Shown here one piece after another: positions 33,426 through 48,847 of a stretch of DNA of 64,000 nt. The notes beneath the pieces were generated by a model, which was not told the DNA's origin, ran no database searches, and was given only the letters and a program-made list of their open reading frames with translations. Origin of the DNA: the human T2T-CHM13v2.0 reference genome, Homo sapiens. The position numbers were made by a program, and so were the translations under genes. The stretch lies in NCBI RefSeq assembly GCF_009914755.1, contig NC_060932.1; one strand, written 5' to 3'. The first letter of the stretch is position 1; each line of letters starts with the position of its first letter.

Positions 33426-34560
33426 AGATTGCAAATGTTTCTTATCAGAATTAAAGAGTCAGTTCTATCAATCTTAAGGTCTCTGTGTTGATGTTAATGC
33501 TGGTCGTCTCTTCCTGATTTCCAAAAGGGAGAAGAGTATAAGGAGGCATGTTCACCTTGCTTTCTGTCATGGCCTGAACTAGTTTTTAAGTTTAGGTTTG
33601 GAGTGCCCTTGGCTGAAGGGAGGGTCCATCAGTTAAAAGGGAGACTTAGAATTTTATTTTTGATTTACTGTTGCTGCAAAGACCAAATGATGTAAAATAT
33701 GAAAAAAAACTATATAAATGAAGGTTATATTGTTGCTCTTGTACTGCTTTCCTTGGGGATAAGTATTATATCCATCACCTGTTTTGAGGCAAATTGGCAA
33801 AGACAGTTTCCTTGCCAAAGCTAAAAATAAAACACGAGAGACTCAGTATTGCCCAGGAAAGCATATAAAGCTATTGAAGTTTGTATTTTCTATGGAAGTT
33901 AATAAAGCTAAATAAGAACTTATTCCATGGACACCTTAATGTCATTCTCAGTCATAACTCAATTTGCTCTACTTGTCTTCCTATAGAAGTAGAGATTTGT
34001 TCTGCAAAGGGAAGCACAGTCGACTTCCTCTTGGGGTTATTCCAACATGGTGGGGCATTGACTGACGTGAAAAATAAGCCTAGAGCTGAGGAAAGGACTG
34101 GGAGAGAATCCTAAATGAGCTAGAGCACTTGGAAGTCTAGCTTTCTTGTTTAAAATTTTAGCAAGCCAAAAAAGAAACTTTTAAGAAATGCCTCTTGTAT
34201 CCTGTCTTCCTCTCCAGGCTTCACACAATTCAGACAAATGCTGCCATCTCAATGATTCTTACCCTAGGTGTCCCTACTACTTAGGGAATTCTCTGATTAT
34301 CTCAAATAGTGTTGCATAGTTTCTCAAAATGCATTAAAGCAGATTACGTTTATTTTGTATTCGCTTTAAAATACTTAAATATATGTCTTACAATATTTTT
34401 AGAGGAAATAAAAGGGCATTTTGAAAGCAATTCGTGAGATGCATTTTTTTCTTGTCCAAGATGGGGACTCACTTGAAAAAAAAAAATCTAGATGATAGTT
34501 AGGAAAGATCATCTACATCAGTGTCCTTAAATTATAACACTCAGACTCTTAGAGCCTTAT

Positions 34561-35593
34561 TGTTAGAGTAGGTAGATAGGCAGTTGTGAGTAGGGCAGGA
34601 TGGAGCCCCAAAGAATGTCAGGTGACTGTCAGGTGATTGTCAGGCAGCTGGTGACATGAAGGGGAAAATTTCCTAACAAACAGGGGACATCTTGAGTTTG
34701 TGGGAAACCACTTCCTAATAAGAAATTTAAATGATGGAGTTTGACCTCCCTCTGGGGACAGGCCCAGGCATGTGTAGTACGGCATAAAATGGCAGAGTTT
34801 GACCTGTATATGACTTTCCTCTAAAAGTGCTTGTGATCTAGTGCTAGCAGTAAGGAAAAATTGCCCTAAGAAAGCATGTGCATAGCTTCAACCACCAAAT
34901 GGCACATGTGGTCCCTCCCAGATATTGGCAAGACACTGCACATGCAACAGTTAGCTAACAATCCACCCCAGGGGAAGGACGAGGGGAAGAGACCAGGAAA
35001 AACCAGGAAATAGTAAATCTGTAAGAGCCCTGAGCTAACAACCAGGCAGGGCACTCAATCTTTTGAGTTGCCTGCTTGGTTCCTGATATAGTTTGGCTGT
35101 GTCCCCATCCAAATCTCACCTTGAATTGTAGTTTCCATAATCCCCATATGTTGTGGGAGGGACTTGGTGGGAGGTAACTGAATCATGGGGGCAGTTACCT
35201 TCATGCTGCTCTCATGATAGTGAGTTCTCATGAGATCTGATGGTTTTCTAAAGGGCTTTTTCCCCTTTTGCTCTGCACTTCTCCTTGCTGCTGCCATGTG
35301 AAGAAGGATGTGTTCGCTTCCCCTTTTACCATGATTCTAAGTTGAGGCCTCCCCAGCCCTGCAGTACTGTGAGTCAATTAAGCCTCTCTCCTTTATAAAT
35401 TACCCAGTCTCAGGTATGTCTTTATAGCAGCGTGAGAATGGACTAATACAGTTCCTTCCAAGTGTACTTTTCTTTGCTTCAATAAACTCTCATTTCTACC
35501 TTAAACCTACCTTTGTCTCTTGGCTAAATTCTTTCTCCCAAGAAGACAAGGATGAATGATTATGAAGCCCACCCAAACTTGCCACTGGTAACA
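34561..35593 (+). mobile_element. ERV1 solo LTR (MER50-like), split by THE1
   Basis: tgttagagtaggtagataggcag start, AATAAA at about 35481, ...ggtaaca end. Confidence 0.75.
35084..35450 (+). mobile_element. MaLR THE1 solo LTR
   Basis: tgatatagtttggctgtgtcccc...ggactaataca; perfect 5-bp TSD GTTCC. Confidence 0.93.
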
Positions 35594-36580
35594 CTATCAG
35601 CTATTTTAAATGGAAATGTGATATTTATATGCCATTAGACTGCCCCAATAATTTTAGCAGGACCTTAATATCCTCTTAGTATCCCCCTCCCTATTTGATC
35701 AGACACTCTGTTTGGCTGATAGAATTAATGTAAAAATGTATAATTACTATTTATAAAATTAAAAGTTAAAATGTGGTGAATAACTCAGAAGTCATTTTTG
35801 TTGGCTAAAGGGTTGGAAAAAACAATCAAGATCATTGAGTTTTATAGAGGAGGAAATTTTGACTCAACATCACTCAGTGAGTTAGTGGCTGGCCTGGGAT
35901 TGGGATCTCCTGGCTCCTAGTACAGCATGTTTTCCCTCCAGTCAAAAATCAATACTTATGTAGAGTTGAAAAGGGGCTCTCTAAACAACAACAGTAATAA
36001 TAAATAATTAAAATTCTCAGTCTTTATACCTTCAACAGACAGATATGTGACCCCTACAATATGCATGCTATGGCTATGTTTGCCTTTGCTGGGGGATACA
36101 AAGGTGATTAGGACAAATTCTCTGCCCTTAGAGACCTTTGCACCGAGGGGAAATAATGCATTGACTACATGAATAAGGAACACAAAAAATTAAATGGTAG
36201 GTGCTGTCAGAGACAAAGATGATGCACGACAGAGATTAAGAAAGTGTGAGGTTTAGACTGTTTTGACTTCAGGCCAAAAAATTGATTAGCATATGACAAA
36301 GAATGTCCTGTCGGGGTGCTGAGCTATACCCAATATTGGTTACTTTTCACCCGTCAGTGAAAATTTCACTCCTTTCATCCTTCCCTTCAATCTCTCATAT
36401 AAAAATCTCATATAACCTTAAATTGAGGTTCAGTCCAAATATCATTTTCTCTATGTGTTTTTCTTAATCATCTCAGTCCTAAACAACCTCTAAAAATTCT
36501 GGGAGCACTGAGCATTTCTATTGCATACATAATACTTTATTCCATAAAGCCTGATGTTGTACTTATGTCCACATAGGTTT

Positions 36581-37015
36581 TGTTAAAAGAAAAAAAAAGG
36601 ATTCATGACACTTGTTAAAGAAGGTAAGGACAACTTTATTCAGGGGACTGGGAAGTACTACAATGGAGTTTTGTAGTAGAGGAGAGACAGAGGAAATGAG
36701 CCTCAATTCTAAATGCAAGGACAATGAAGATTTATATCCAAGGAGCATGGTAAGGGGTCAATAGATGAAAGATTACTAAGAGGAAACATCAAGACTAGGG
36801 GGATTCTTGCTAGACCAACTCAACAGGATTATTGCTGAAGGCAGGCCAGAGTGACAAAATACCAGAGGTGAACGATTTTTCCTAAACAGACTCAGTAGGA
36901 GTCTTGCCAAAATGAGACTAAATGGGCCAATGGCAGAACCCAAGTTTGGGGACTAGTCAGAAAGAGGACTCAGAGAAGCTTGACTCAAATGTGGCCAAAA
37001 GAGAGAGTTTTAAAC
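36581..37015 (-). mobile_element. ERV1 solo LTR (MER31/MER67-like)
   Basis: tgttaaaag...actttattcagg...gattactaagaggaaacatcaag...ggattcttgcta motifs. Confidence 0.6.
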
Positions 37016-37818
37016 TGTGTTTTGGCCCTGCCTATCTTTCTGACCTTATATACTAGAACCCCACCATATTCTCTCTACATTTTGTCAAAAATAAATAAAT
37101 GAGATTCCCAGGTATTTCATCTTCTTCTCATTTTCTTGCCTTCATCCTTACTGTTCTTCCTTTCTGGAACACCTTTTCTCCTCTTTGTTTTATCAGCATT
37201 ATTTCCTCTAGCGAACCCCTTCTAATACCCTACCCAATTCCCCAATTCCCTGTCTGATGGGGTCTGAAATGAGGCAGAGCTCTCTGGGCAATTACATCAG
37301 GGCCAGGGATGCAGAGGCAGATCTCCTCTTACGATTGTCACCATGGCCTGAAGTAAAGCGCCAGGTCATATCCTGGAAGTCAAAACTGAGATAAGTGGAA
37401 ACTGGATGATCATCACAGGGGAGCAAGCAGAAAGGAGGAACCAAGAAACTGAGCTGAAGTCAGTAGTATAGAAAACAAACCCACGGGGAGGAATAGACAG
37501 GGAAAATGTTAAGTATGATTAAGCGAGAGTGCAAAAGTCCCCCAGAAATTGTTCTCCAGTTTTCAATATGAACAATGTGCTTAAGCTGGAGACTAACTAA
37601 ATGACAAGCACCCTTTTTATGTCCTTCCTCCGGGACATAGATTAGGATAACAAAATCTCATGGCAACTTTTGGAATTCTGGAGTTTTCCCCAGAAATCTC
37701 TTGAAACACTAATTTCTTCTCAGTATTGGCTAATTTCTGTGGCATGAGGGATACAAGCAAGTACAGGGAAATAGCTGTGGCTGCTGTGAACGGAAGGGAT
37801 GGGGTTGCCCTGAGGGTG

Positions 37819-38705
<887 letters not shown>

Positions 38706-38930
38706 GGGTGTTTATGTAGCAAATAAGAACAGGCAAAAGTTGTAGTGTTGAAGCAGGTGAGGCCAGGGGAATTTTGGTGACAAACAGAGGTTCTTCACAA
38801 ATAATTAATTTAAGCTGTTAAATTAAAAATATGAGATTTATATGATGTTGACTTGAAATGTAGAGGAGTTTTTGTGAATCTAGCTCAGCAAGAACACATC
38901 AAATCATCTGGAATAGCTCTCATAAAATTA

Positions 38931-39278
<348 letters not shown>

Positions 39279-40234
39279 TCAAATGTTTACAACTCTGAGG
39301 AACAACCACCATTTTTCTCAGTTCAAACCAGAACTCAGCTAGTAGAGCATCTAAAAGACAGACTGCTCAAGTTCAATCCATGTCTCACTCACTTTACCAG
39401 TGTGCCTGTGATTTCCTCTAGTAAATCTACTGCCAAGCCGTAGGTATGCACTATTTAGTAACCCGCCTGTGAAAGTTGTGTAGACACCTGACTAGGTGTA
39501 AGCATGGAAGACCTCAAATGACTCCTCTGAAGCTGAAATAAAAGCCACTGATGGAAACCAGGACCTGCAAAGTCTATGAAGGTAAAAGATTCCTTTGGTG
39601 AGCAGTCATGGTCATGGGCTTGAAAGACTTTGACCAAGCACTCATGTCTATTACCTGTGCTTGTGTTGGCACAACAGAATGAAGTTTTTATGTGATTGCT
39701 TATTTACCTATATCAAAAGTCAGGGATGAGTGGGAATTTAAGAGATGAAAAATTTCATCCAGTTTCCAGGAGGTAGGGCAGATTTGGGGGTGGCAGGAAG
39801 GGAAGTTCCCATAGAGGATGTGTTCAAACACAGAGGTAGGTGAAGAAGATCAGAATATGCCACCTTAAACTATGCCACTTGGCATATGAATTATTTTGAT
39901 TTCAAGACGATTGAGAAAAAAAAGCAAAAGCAGACAGAACTCTCTTCCCTCCCCCATCTGCCTAAAAGCAGAGCCTAAGTTTCCCTTTGTGAAGGTGCCC
40001 CCTTCCCCTCTCAGATACCAGGAGGAACAGGAGGACCACCCTTATCACCAGAGATAGAGACAGAACTGAGATGAATCTGCATAAACAAACCTTACTAATT
40101 AATGCTTATCTGTCATTAGTTTCCCCCATATATTTACCTTCCCACAATTTGCCACTCCTAGAAGCCCAAAATCCTATATCCTTTATTTAGTCACTTCTCC
40201 ACAATTTATCACCTTTTGTTAAAATGATATATAA

Positions 40235-40274
40235 GGCCAGGCATGGTGGCTCATGCTTGTAATCCTAGCACTTT
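40235..40274 (+). mobile_element. Alu 5' head only (40 nt)
   Basis: ggccaggcatggtggctcatgcttgtaatcctagcacttt, followed by L1 sequence. Confidence 0.85.
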
Positions 40275-40495
40275 CACAGCAGGAGTTGCAAACCTATCTC
40301 TGATAAAACAGACTTTAAACCAACAAAGATCAAAAGAGACAAGGGCATTACATAATGCAGCCATAAAAAAGGATGAGTCCATGTCCTTTGCAGGGACATG
40401 GATGAAGCTGGAAACCATCATGCTCAGCAAACTAACACAAGAACAGAAAAGCAAACACCACACGTTCTCACTCATAAGTGGGAGTTGAACAATGA

Positions 40496-40645
<150 letters not shown>

Positions 40646-40669
40646 TAAAATTTTAGGCCAATATCCCTG

Positions 40670-41272
40670 ATGAACATCGATGTGAAAATCCTCAATAAAA
40701 TACTGGCAAACCGAATCCAGCAGCACATCAAAAAGCTTATTCACCACGATCAAGTCAGCTTCATCCCTGGGATGCAAGGCTGGTTCAACATACACAAATC
40801 AATAAATGTAATCCATCACATAAACAGAACCAATGACAAAAAACTCATGATTATCTCAATAGATGCAGAAAAGGCCTTTGACAAAATTCAACAGCCCTTC
40901 ATGCTAAAAACTCTCTATAAACTAGGCATTGATGGAACATATCTCAAAATAATAAGAGCTATTTATGACAAACCCACAGCCAATATCATACTAAATGGGC
41001 AAAAATTGGAAGCATTCCATTTGAAAACTGGCACAAGACAAGGATGGCCTCTCTCACCACTCATATTCAACATAGTATTGGAGGTTCTGGCCAGGGCCAA
41101 CAGGCAAGAGAAAGAAATAAAGGGTATTCAAATAGAAAAAGAGGAAGTCAGATTGTCTCTGTTTACAGATGACATGATTGTATATTTAGAAAACTCCATC
41201 ATCTCAGCCCCAAATCTCCTTAAGCTGATAAGCAACTTCAGCAAAGTCTCAGGATACAAAATCAAGGTGTAA
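40670..41272 (+). pseudogene. L1 ORF2p reverse-transcriptase domain fragment (disabled)
   Basis: [22 protein letters not shown]...[11 protein letters not shown]...[10 protein letters not shown]...[10 protein letters not shown]; catalytic FADD is FTDD; premature stop; no 5' UTR or ORF1. Confidence 0.95.
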
Positions 41273-42470
41273 AAATCACAGGCATTCCTACACACCAAGA
41301 ACAGACAAACAGAGAGCCAAATCATGAGTGAACTCCCATTCACAATTGCTACAAAGAGAATAAAATACCTAGGAATACAACTTACAAGGGATGTGAAGGA
41401 CCTCTTCAAGGAGAACTACAAACCACCACTCAAGGAAATAAGAGAGGACACAAACAAATGGAAGAACATTCCATGCTCATGGATAGGAAGAATCAATATC
41501 GTGAAAATGGCCATTCTGCCCAAAGTAATTTATAGATTCAATGCTATACCCATCAAGCTACTATTGGCTTTCTTCACAGAATTGGAAAAAGCTACTTTAA
41601 ATTTCATATAGAACCAAAAAAGAGCCCACCTAGCCAAGACAATCCTAAGCAAAAAGAACAACACTGAAGGCATCATGCTACCTGACTTCAGACTATACTA
41701 CAAGGCTACAGTAACCAAAACAGCATGGTACTGGTACCAAAACAGATATATAGACCAGTGGAACAGAACAAAGGCCTCAGAAATAACACCACACATCTAC
41801 AACCATCTGATCTTTGACAAACCTGACAAAAACAAGCAATGGGGAAAGGATTCCCTATTTAATAATGATGTTGGGAAAAGTGGCTAGCCATATGCAGAAA
41901 GCTGAAACTGGACCCCTTCCTCACACTTTATACAAAAGTTAACTCAAGATGGATTAAAGTCTTAAACATAAGACCTAAAACCATAAAACCCTAGAAAAAA
42001 TCTTAGGCAATATCATTCAGGACATAGGCATGGACAGAGACTTCATGACTAAAACACCAAAAGCAATGACAACAAAAGCCAAAATAGACAAATGGGATCT
42101 AATTAAACTAAAGAGCTTCTGCACAGCAAAAAAACTATCATCAGAGTGAACAGGCAACCTACAGAATGGGAGAAAACTTTTGCAATATATCCATCTGACA
42201 AAGGGCTAATATCCAGAATCTACAAAGAACTTAAACAAATTTACAAGAAAAAATCAAACAACCCCATCAAAAATGGGCAAAGGACATGAACAGACACTTC
42301 TCAAAAGAAGACATTAATGCAGCCAACAAACATGAAAAAATGCTCATCATCACTGGTCATTAGAGAAAGGCAAATCAAAACCATAATGAGGTACCATCTC
42401 ATGCCAGTTAGAGTGGCAATCATTAAAAAGTCAGGAAACAACAGATGCTGGAGAGGATGTGGAGAAATAG

Positions 42471-42791
<321 letters not shown>

Positions 42792-43661
42792 AGGAACACT
42801 TTTACACTGTTGGTGGGAGTGTAAGTTAGTTCAACCATTGTGGAAGACAGTGTGGCGATTCCTCAAGGATCTAGAACTAGAAATACCATTTGACCCAGCA
42901 ATCACATTACTAAGTATATACCCAAAGGATTATAAATCATTCTACTATAAACACACATGCATACCTATGTTTATTGCAGCATTGTTCACAATAGCAAAGA
43001 CTTGAAACCAACTCAAATGCCCATCAATGATAGACTGGATTAAGAGAATGTGGCACATATACACCATGGAATACTATGCAGCCATAAACAAGGATGAGAT
43101 CATGTCCTTTGCAGGGACATGGATGAAGCTGGAAACCATCATGCTCCACAAACTAATACAAGAACAGAAAACCAAACACCGTATGTTCTCACTCATAAGT
43201 GGGAGTTGAACAATGAGAACACATGGACACAGAGAGCAGAACAACACACACCTGGGCCTTTCAAGGGGTGGGAGGGGAGGGATAGCATTAGGACAAATAC
43301 CTAATGTAGATGACACGGTGACAGGTGCAGCAAACCACCATGACACCTGTATACCTATGTAACAAACTTGCGCGTTATGCACATGTACCCCAGAACTTAA
43401 AGTATAATTTTTTTTAAATGTAGTTCCAAAAAAAAAGATATGAAAATCCCCCAAGTTTAACCACTTCTTTGGGGGTTTCACTTCTTTTCTATGAAGCCCT
43501 CCTAAGACACATATAATTTTAAAAATATTAGCATCAAATATCATTTATATGCTTTTTCTACTGTTAATCTTTGTCAGTTTAATTTGCAGGTCCCAGGGGG
43601 GAAAGAAAAACATAAGATAGAGAAAAAGTTCTCCCCTCTTCTACACAGAGATTCCCTCCTC

Positions 43662-43840
43662 CAAGTAATTTTCTACCTTGGCTTCACATTAGAATCACCT
43701 GGGGAGCCTTAAAGAATTCCAACACTCAAGTTGCAACTGATATAGAACAATTAATATAGAATCTCTGTAGCGACCTAAGCATCAGTTCATTTTAAAACTT
43801 CCTAGGTAATTCTGTACAAACAAGGTTGAGAACCAATGCC
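43662..43840. mobile_element. MER5A-like hAT MITE
   Basis: cacattagaatcacctggggag...aggttgagaaccaatg. Confidence 0.75.
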
Positions 43841-44262
43841 TTATCCGTTTGGTGTGTGAAATTGTGCAGCAGTGTATAGTTGGCTTGAGGGAAGATGAAT
43901 GTCAAAGCTAGAAAGCAAAGCCTATGTTTGGTGATCAATTCAAGGTTCTCTTTCCAGAGTGGATGCCAAGAGTATCCGAGAAAGTGTAAACACGTGATGA
44001 AGTGTAGCAGAATGGACTAAAGCAATGTGGCCCAGAGCATTTCCAAAGGTGGAGTGCATTCCCATATGCTGTGCTTATATACAGCTGTCACAGAACATGT
44101 GCAGGATGCCAGCAAGTAGGACACCTTCCAAAATCAGTCTCTCCTTCTGACTTCCCAATACATCTCATGTTTGTTTGCTTATTCTGATGTCTATCAGTTG
44201 TATTCTAATTGCTAAGATGCCTGTCTTTCCTACTATACTAGAAGTTTTTTTTCTTGAATTAG

Positions 44263-44549
<287 letters not shown>

Positions 44550-44625
44550 ATCTTTGCCTACCTACAGTATTTCACAATGTAATAAATCTTTGTTGATAAA
44601 TTAACTATTTGTTTGCATGTTACAT

Positions 44626-44984
44626 AGTATCTTAGTTTGTTCACACTGCTGTAACAAAAATGCTATAGACTAGGTGGCGTCAACAACAAACATCTATTTC
44701 TCACAGGTCTGGACACCAGGGAGGCCAAGATCTAGGTGTCGGCACACTTGGTGTATGATGAGGGCCAGCTGCCTAGTTCATAGCTAGCCATCTTCTCACT
44801 GTGTCCTCACAGGGTAGACAGCTCTCCGAGATCTCTTTGATAAGAGGACAAATCTCATTTATGAGGATTCCACCTTCATAACCTAATCACCTCCCAAAGG
44901 TCCCATCTCCTAATACCATCTCCTTGCAGGTTAGAATTTCAACATTTGAATTTTGGGATGACATAAATATCCAGTCTATAATAC
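44626..44984 (-). mobile_element. MaLR solo LTR (MLT1A-like)
   Basis: tcttagtttgttc...ctgctgtaacaaaa...acctaatcacctcccaaagg...ttcaacatttgaattttggg. Confidence 0.85.
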
Positions 44985-45602
44985 ATACCTTTTAGATACA
45001 GTATCAAGAATACTTTTTTTTTCAAAGAAATTTGAAACCCTTAGATCAAGGGCATAAAGAAAATGGCATAGGTATTTCTTATTGGGAGACTCCAGAAAAT
45101 CAACTAAAATCCTTCTCTTTAATTAGCTCAGTTTACATAAGGTAAATGCACATCCTGTATCAGAAGAGGGAGACATTATGTTCAGATGAGGCATGTTTTG
45201 GTGCCATGTAAATCCAAAGGTTAATGACCAGGCAGGAAGATATTTTAATTCTAATCTATGATTTCTAATTAATTTACAAAGAAAAATTTCCATTTTTAAA
45301 AATTGCTCTAAAAAATGATCTGCTTAAGGAAGGTGACTATATGATACAAATGAGAGTGAACAAAGAAATGATTCTGGGTTGAAATATTTTCCAAGGCTGC
45401 CTCAGCCATATTCAAGTTGTATTGGTTTTCTGTCAAATAAAACTAATGTGTGCTCATAAAAAGAATGATCTGCTTACCTGGTTGCTGCTGTTAAATTCAA
45501 CTGCTTTAATAACAGAGATTGTGTGTATAGAATAAAACTCTGCAGCTACCTGCTTCAATCAGCTAAAGTTCAGTCTGCTCATTCATTCACTCAACATTTG
45601 TT

Positions 45603-45748
45603 GATCCCAAAACAAAGAAATGATAAATGTTTGAGGTGATGCGTCACCTAATTACTCTGATTTGATCATTACTCATTATATGCATGTATCAAAATGCCAC
45701 ATGTACCCCATATATACAATTATTACATATCAATGAAAAATTAAAGAA
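45603..45748 (+). mobile_element. L1MA/PB 3' terminal fragment
   Basis: aaagaaatgataaatgtttgaggtgat...tgatttgatcattac...cacatgtacccca. Confidence 0.8.
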
Positions 45749-45899
45749 AATATTTGTAGAGAATTCACCATGAGCCATATCTTCACATCCAGCATGCCCA
45801 AATTCAAATTACAGTTACTACATGCTGTCATAAGTTTTGTTAAAGGGGATTTAATAGATTAAGCAAACAGATGTTAGACTTAAGTGGGACTCGATGCTA

Positions 45900-46260
45900 G
45901 AATTCATTCATTCAATCATTCATTCAACAAATATGTCTAAGAACCTACCATGGGCCATGCATTGTATTAAATAATAGGGATTATTTAATAGGGATACAGG
46001 TCACTACAAGATAGTCTTGACTGCTGCTTTAATGGAGTTTACAGTTTAATGGGGGAGAGAGAGACAGAAATTAGGTAAAACAACAAACAAAGCAGTAAGT
46101 GTGAACTGTGATAAGTGAAATGAAGGAAGGCAAACAGGGGTCTGAAAGATAACAGAAGAGAAACGAGCTTAGATTGGGTTTTCAGGAACAGCTCCTCTGC
46201 AGAAGTACTACTTCAACAGAGACATGGGAATGGAATAGACCATGGGGATGGGAAGTAGAT
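45900..46260 (-). mobile_element. L2 3' end
   Basis: attcattcattcaacaaatat...cctacc...atggagtttacagtttaatggggg. Confidence 0.7.
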
Positions 46261-47476
46261 AGGTCAAAACCGAATCCTTCTAGAGGGTAGAAAAGCAGCC
46301 AGTCAGTCTGTCCCTGAAGAATGAGCAGAGAAGGCAGTCTTGACATTGACTATGAATGGGATTCAATACAGGGATCAGGAGTCAAGGCCAGTGCAGGGCT
46401 TGACTGTAAGACTGAAACACAGCCATAGAGAGTCTAAGGCAGAGTGGAAGGCTGACTCCAGTGACAGATTCAGTGAGCTTTACTTGATTGGAAACTTGAA
46501 AGAACAAGCCTCTGGTCTTCTTCTGGAGACACCTTTGCAGCATGGTCCCTTCTTGATCTCAAAGAGACCAATTCAGTTAAGACTTTGATACTCCTGTCCA
46601 AAGCCCTGTCTTCATCTACCCAGAGGCCTTCAGAACCCATGTTGGCCAAGAGTGTGACATCCCCTCTGCAGATTTGGAGATCTGCTGGGGAATTCAAGTT
46701 CCCTGCGGTCTTGGGAAAGCTGGTCTTCTGGTTCAATGGACTCTTCCATTGGTCTTTCCCCACAGTCCACGTTAGCCTTTTCCTTTGGCCCTGTAGCATC
46801 CTCAGCAGAGATTGTGACCACAAGGCATTTGATGTAGCCTTGTCAAACCAAAGGGAAAGAGAGCTCTGAGTGCTGAAATTGCAAAACTCTAACCCAAATA
46901 TTACAAGCCCACAGAATAGCATATCAGGTACCTGAATATTTCAATAAGAGTTATTTTTAAAGTATTCTGTACAGACAAATGGATGACATTGGATGTAGTT
47001 ATATGAGTTGAAGAGAAATTTAATGTATTTAAATACACAGCTTTTGGCTTAACTAAGCACCGGAGCACATTTTCTCAGGCTATATTTAGGCTGTGAGTTT
47101 CCAGGTTTAAGGAACTATGAATTATTGAAAAGCACTTTGCAAAAATTTGGCAGCAATCCCTGAGCCACAGACTGAATCTGATTTTCAAACTTCTAATATT
47201 TCTTCAGTGTAACCATCTATGAAAGGAGTGTTCAAGAGAGATCAGAATGTTAAATGGGGTGAGGGTTTTGTAATAACCAAGCCAGTGACATGGCAAAATA
47301 CAGAAGGAATACAGACTAGCAGTGAGAAGATCTGTGTTTTGATTCCAGTTTTACCTTGAAAGCCATGAAGCCTTGGGTAGCACTGAATCATTCTGAGTCT
47401 TGTTTTTTTCATTTATAAAGTGGAGAAAACAATGTCTACCCTTCCTGGGCTATTGGCCAGAGTAATTATAAGAAAC

Positions 47477-47479
<3 letters not shown>

Positions 47480-47506
<27 letters not shown>
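47480..47506. repeat. (GT)n microsatellite at the end of a MIR (about 47290-47480)
   Basis: Read directly. Confidence 0.95.
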
Positions 47507-47507
<1 letters not shown>

Positions 47508-47551
47508 CATATAAACTAAAACATCAAAAAATGTAAAGAATAATAATTGGA

Positions 47552-48144
47552 TGATAAAATATGGAATCAACCTAAGTGTCCATCAGTGGATAAACAGATA
47601 AAGAAAATGTGTCATACATACACAACAGATACTGTTCAGCCTCAGAGAAGAATGAAATTCTGTCATTTGTGACAACATGGATGTGCCCAGAGAACGTGAT
47701 ACAGAAAGACTAATACTTCATGATCTCATATGCGGAATCTAGAGAAGTCAAACTCATAGAGGCAGAGTAGAATGGTGTTTACCAGAGGTTGGGGGCAGGG
47801 AGATGTTGGCCGAAGGATACAACATTTAAGTAAAGAGGAATAAATTTGGAAGATCTATTGTACAACATGGTAACAATAATTAATAACAAAGTATTTTATG
47901 TGTGAAAATGGCTGAGAGTATTAGGTTGGTGCAAAAGTAATTGCGGTTTTTGCCGTTAAAAGTACTTTTAATGTAATTTACATTAAAACCACAATTACTT
48001 TTGCACGAACCTAATAGTTTTTCAGTGTTCTTATCACACAAAAAAGTATGTGAGGTAATGCATATGTTAAGTACCTAGATTTAGTCATTGCACAATTACA
48101 TATTTTAAAACACCATGTTGTACATAATAAGTATATGCAACTTT
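47552..48144 (+). mobile_element. L1MA 3' end containing a MADE1 insertion
   Basis: atatggaatcaacctaagtgtccatcagtggat...gaagatctattgtacaacatggt...gtatgtgaggtaatgcatatgttaa. Confidence 0.88.
47921..48014. mobile_element. MADE1 (Hsmar1 mariner MITE), miR-548-family-type hairpin
   Basis: TIRs ttaggttggtgcaaaagtaattgcggtttt / aaaaccacaattacttttgcacgaacctaa; TA TSD on both sides. Confidence 0.95.
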
Positions 48145-48145
48145 T

Positions 48146-48503
<358 letters not shown>

Positions 48504-48543
48504 CTATAAGAAAAACATCAATCTCGGTGGAAGCTTAAAGTTT

Positions 48544-48847
<304 letters not shown>

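Larger units (their letters stand above)
32268..33669 (-). mobile_element. ERV1 MER4-group solo LTR, split by MSTA and L1PA insertions, sitting inside a MIR
   Basis: tgtcaatgaaaagagtcaaactctgtaaaatatttgaagag...cttagaattttatttttgatttac; MIR sequence at about 32110-32267 resumes at about 33670. Confidence 0.8.

Noticed and set aside
45309-45480. Direct repeat aatgatctgctta twice plus a minus-strand donor CAG|GTAAGC
   Set aside because: A 13-bp match in AT-rich DNA with an isolated donor and no convincing exon; within chance expectation.
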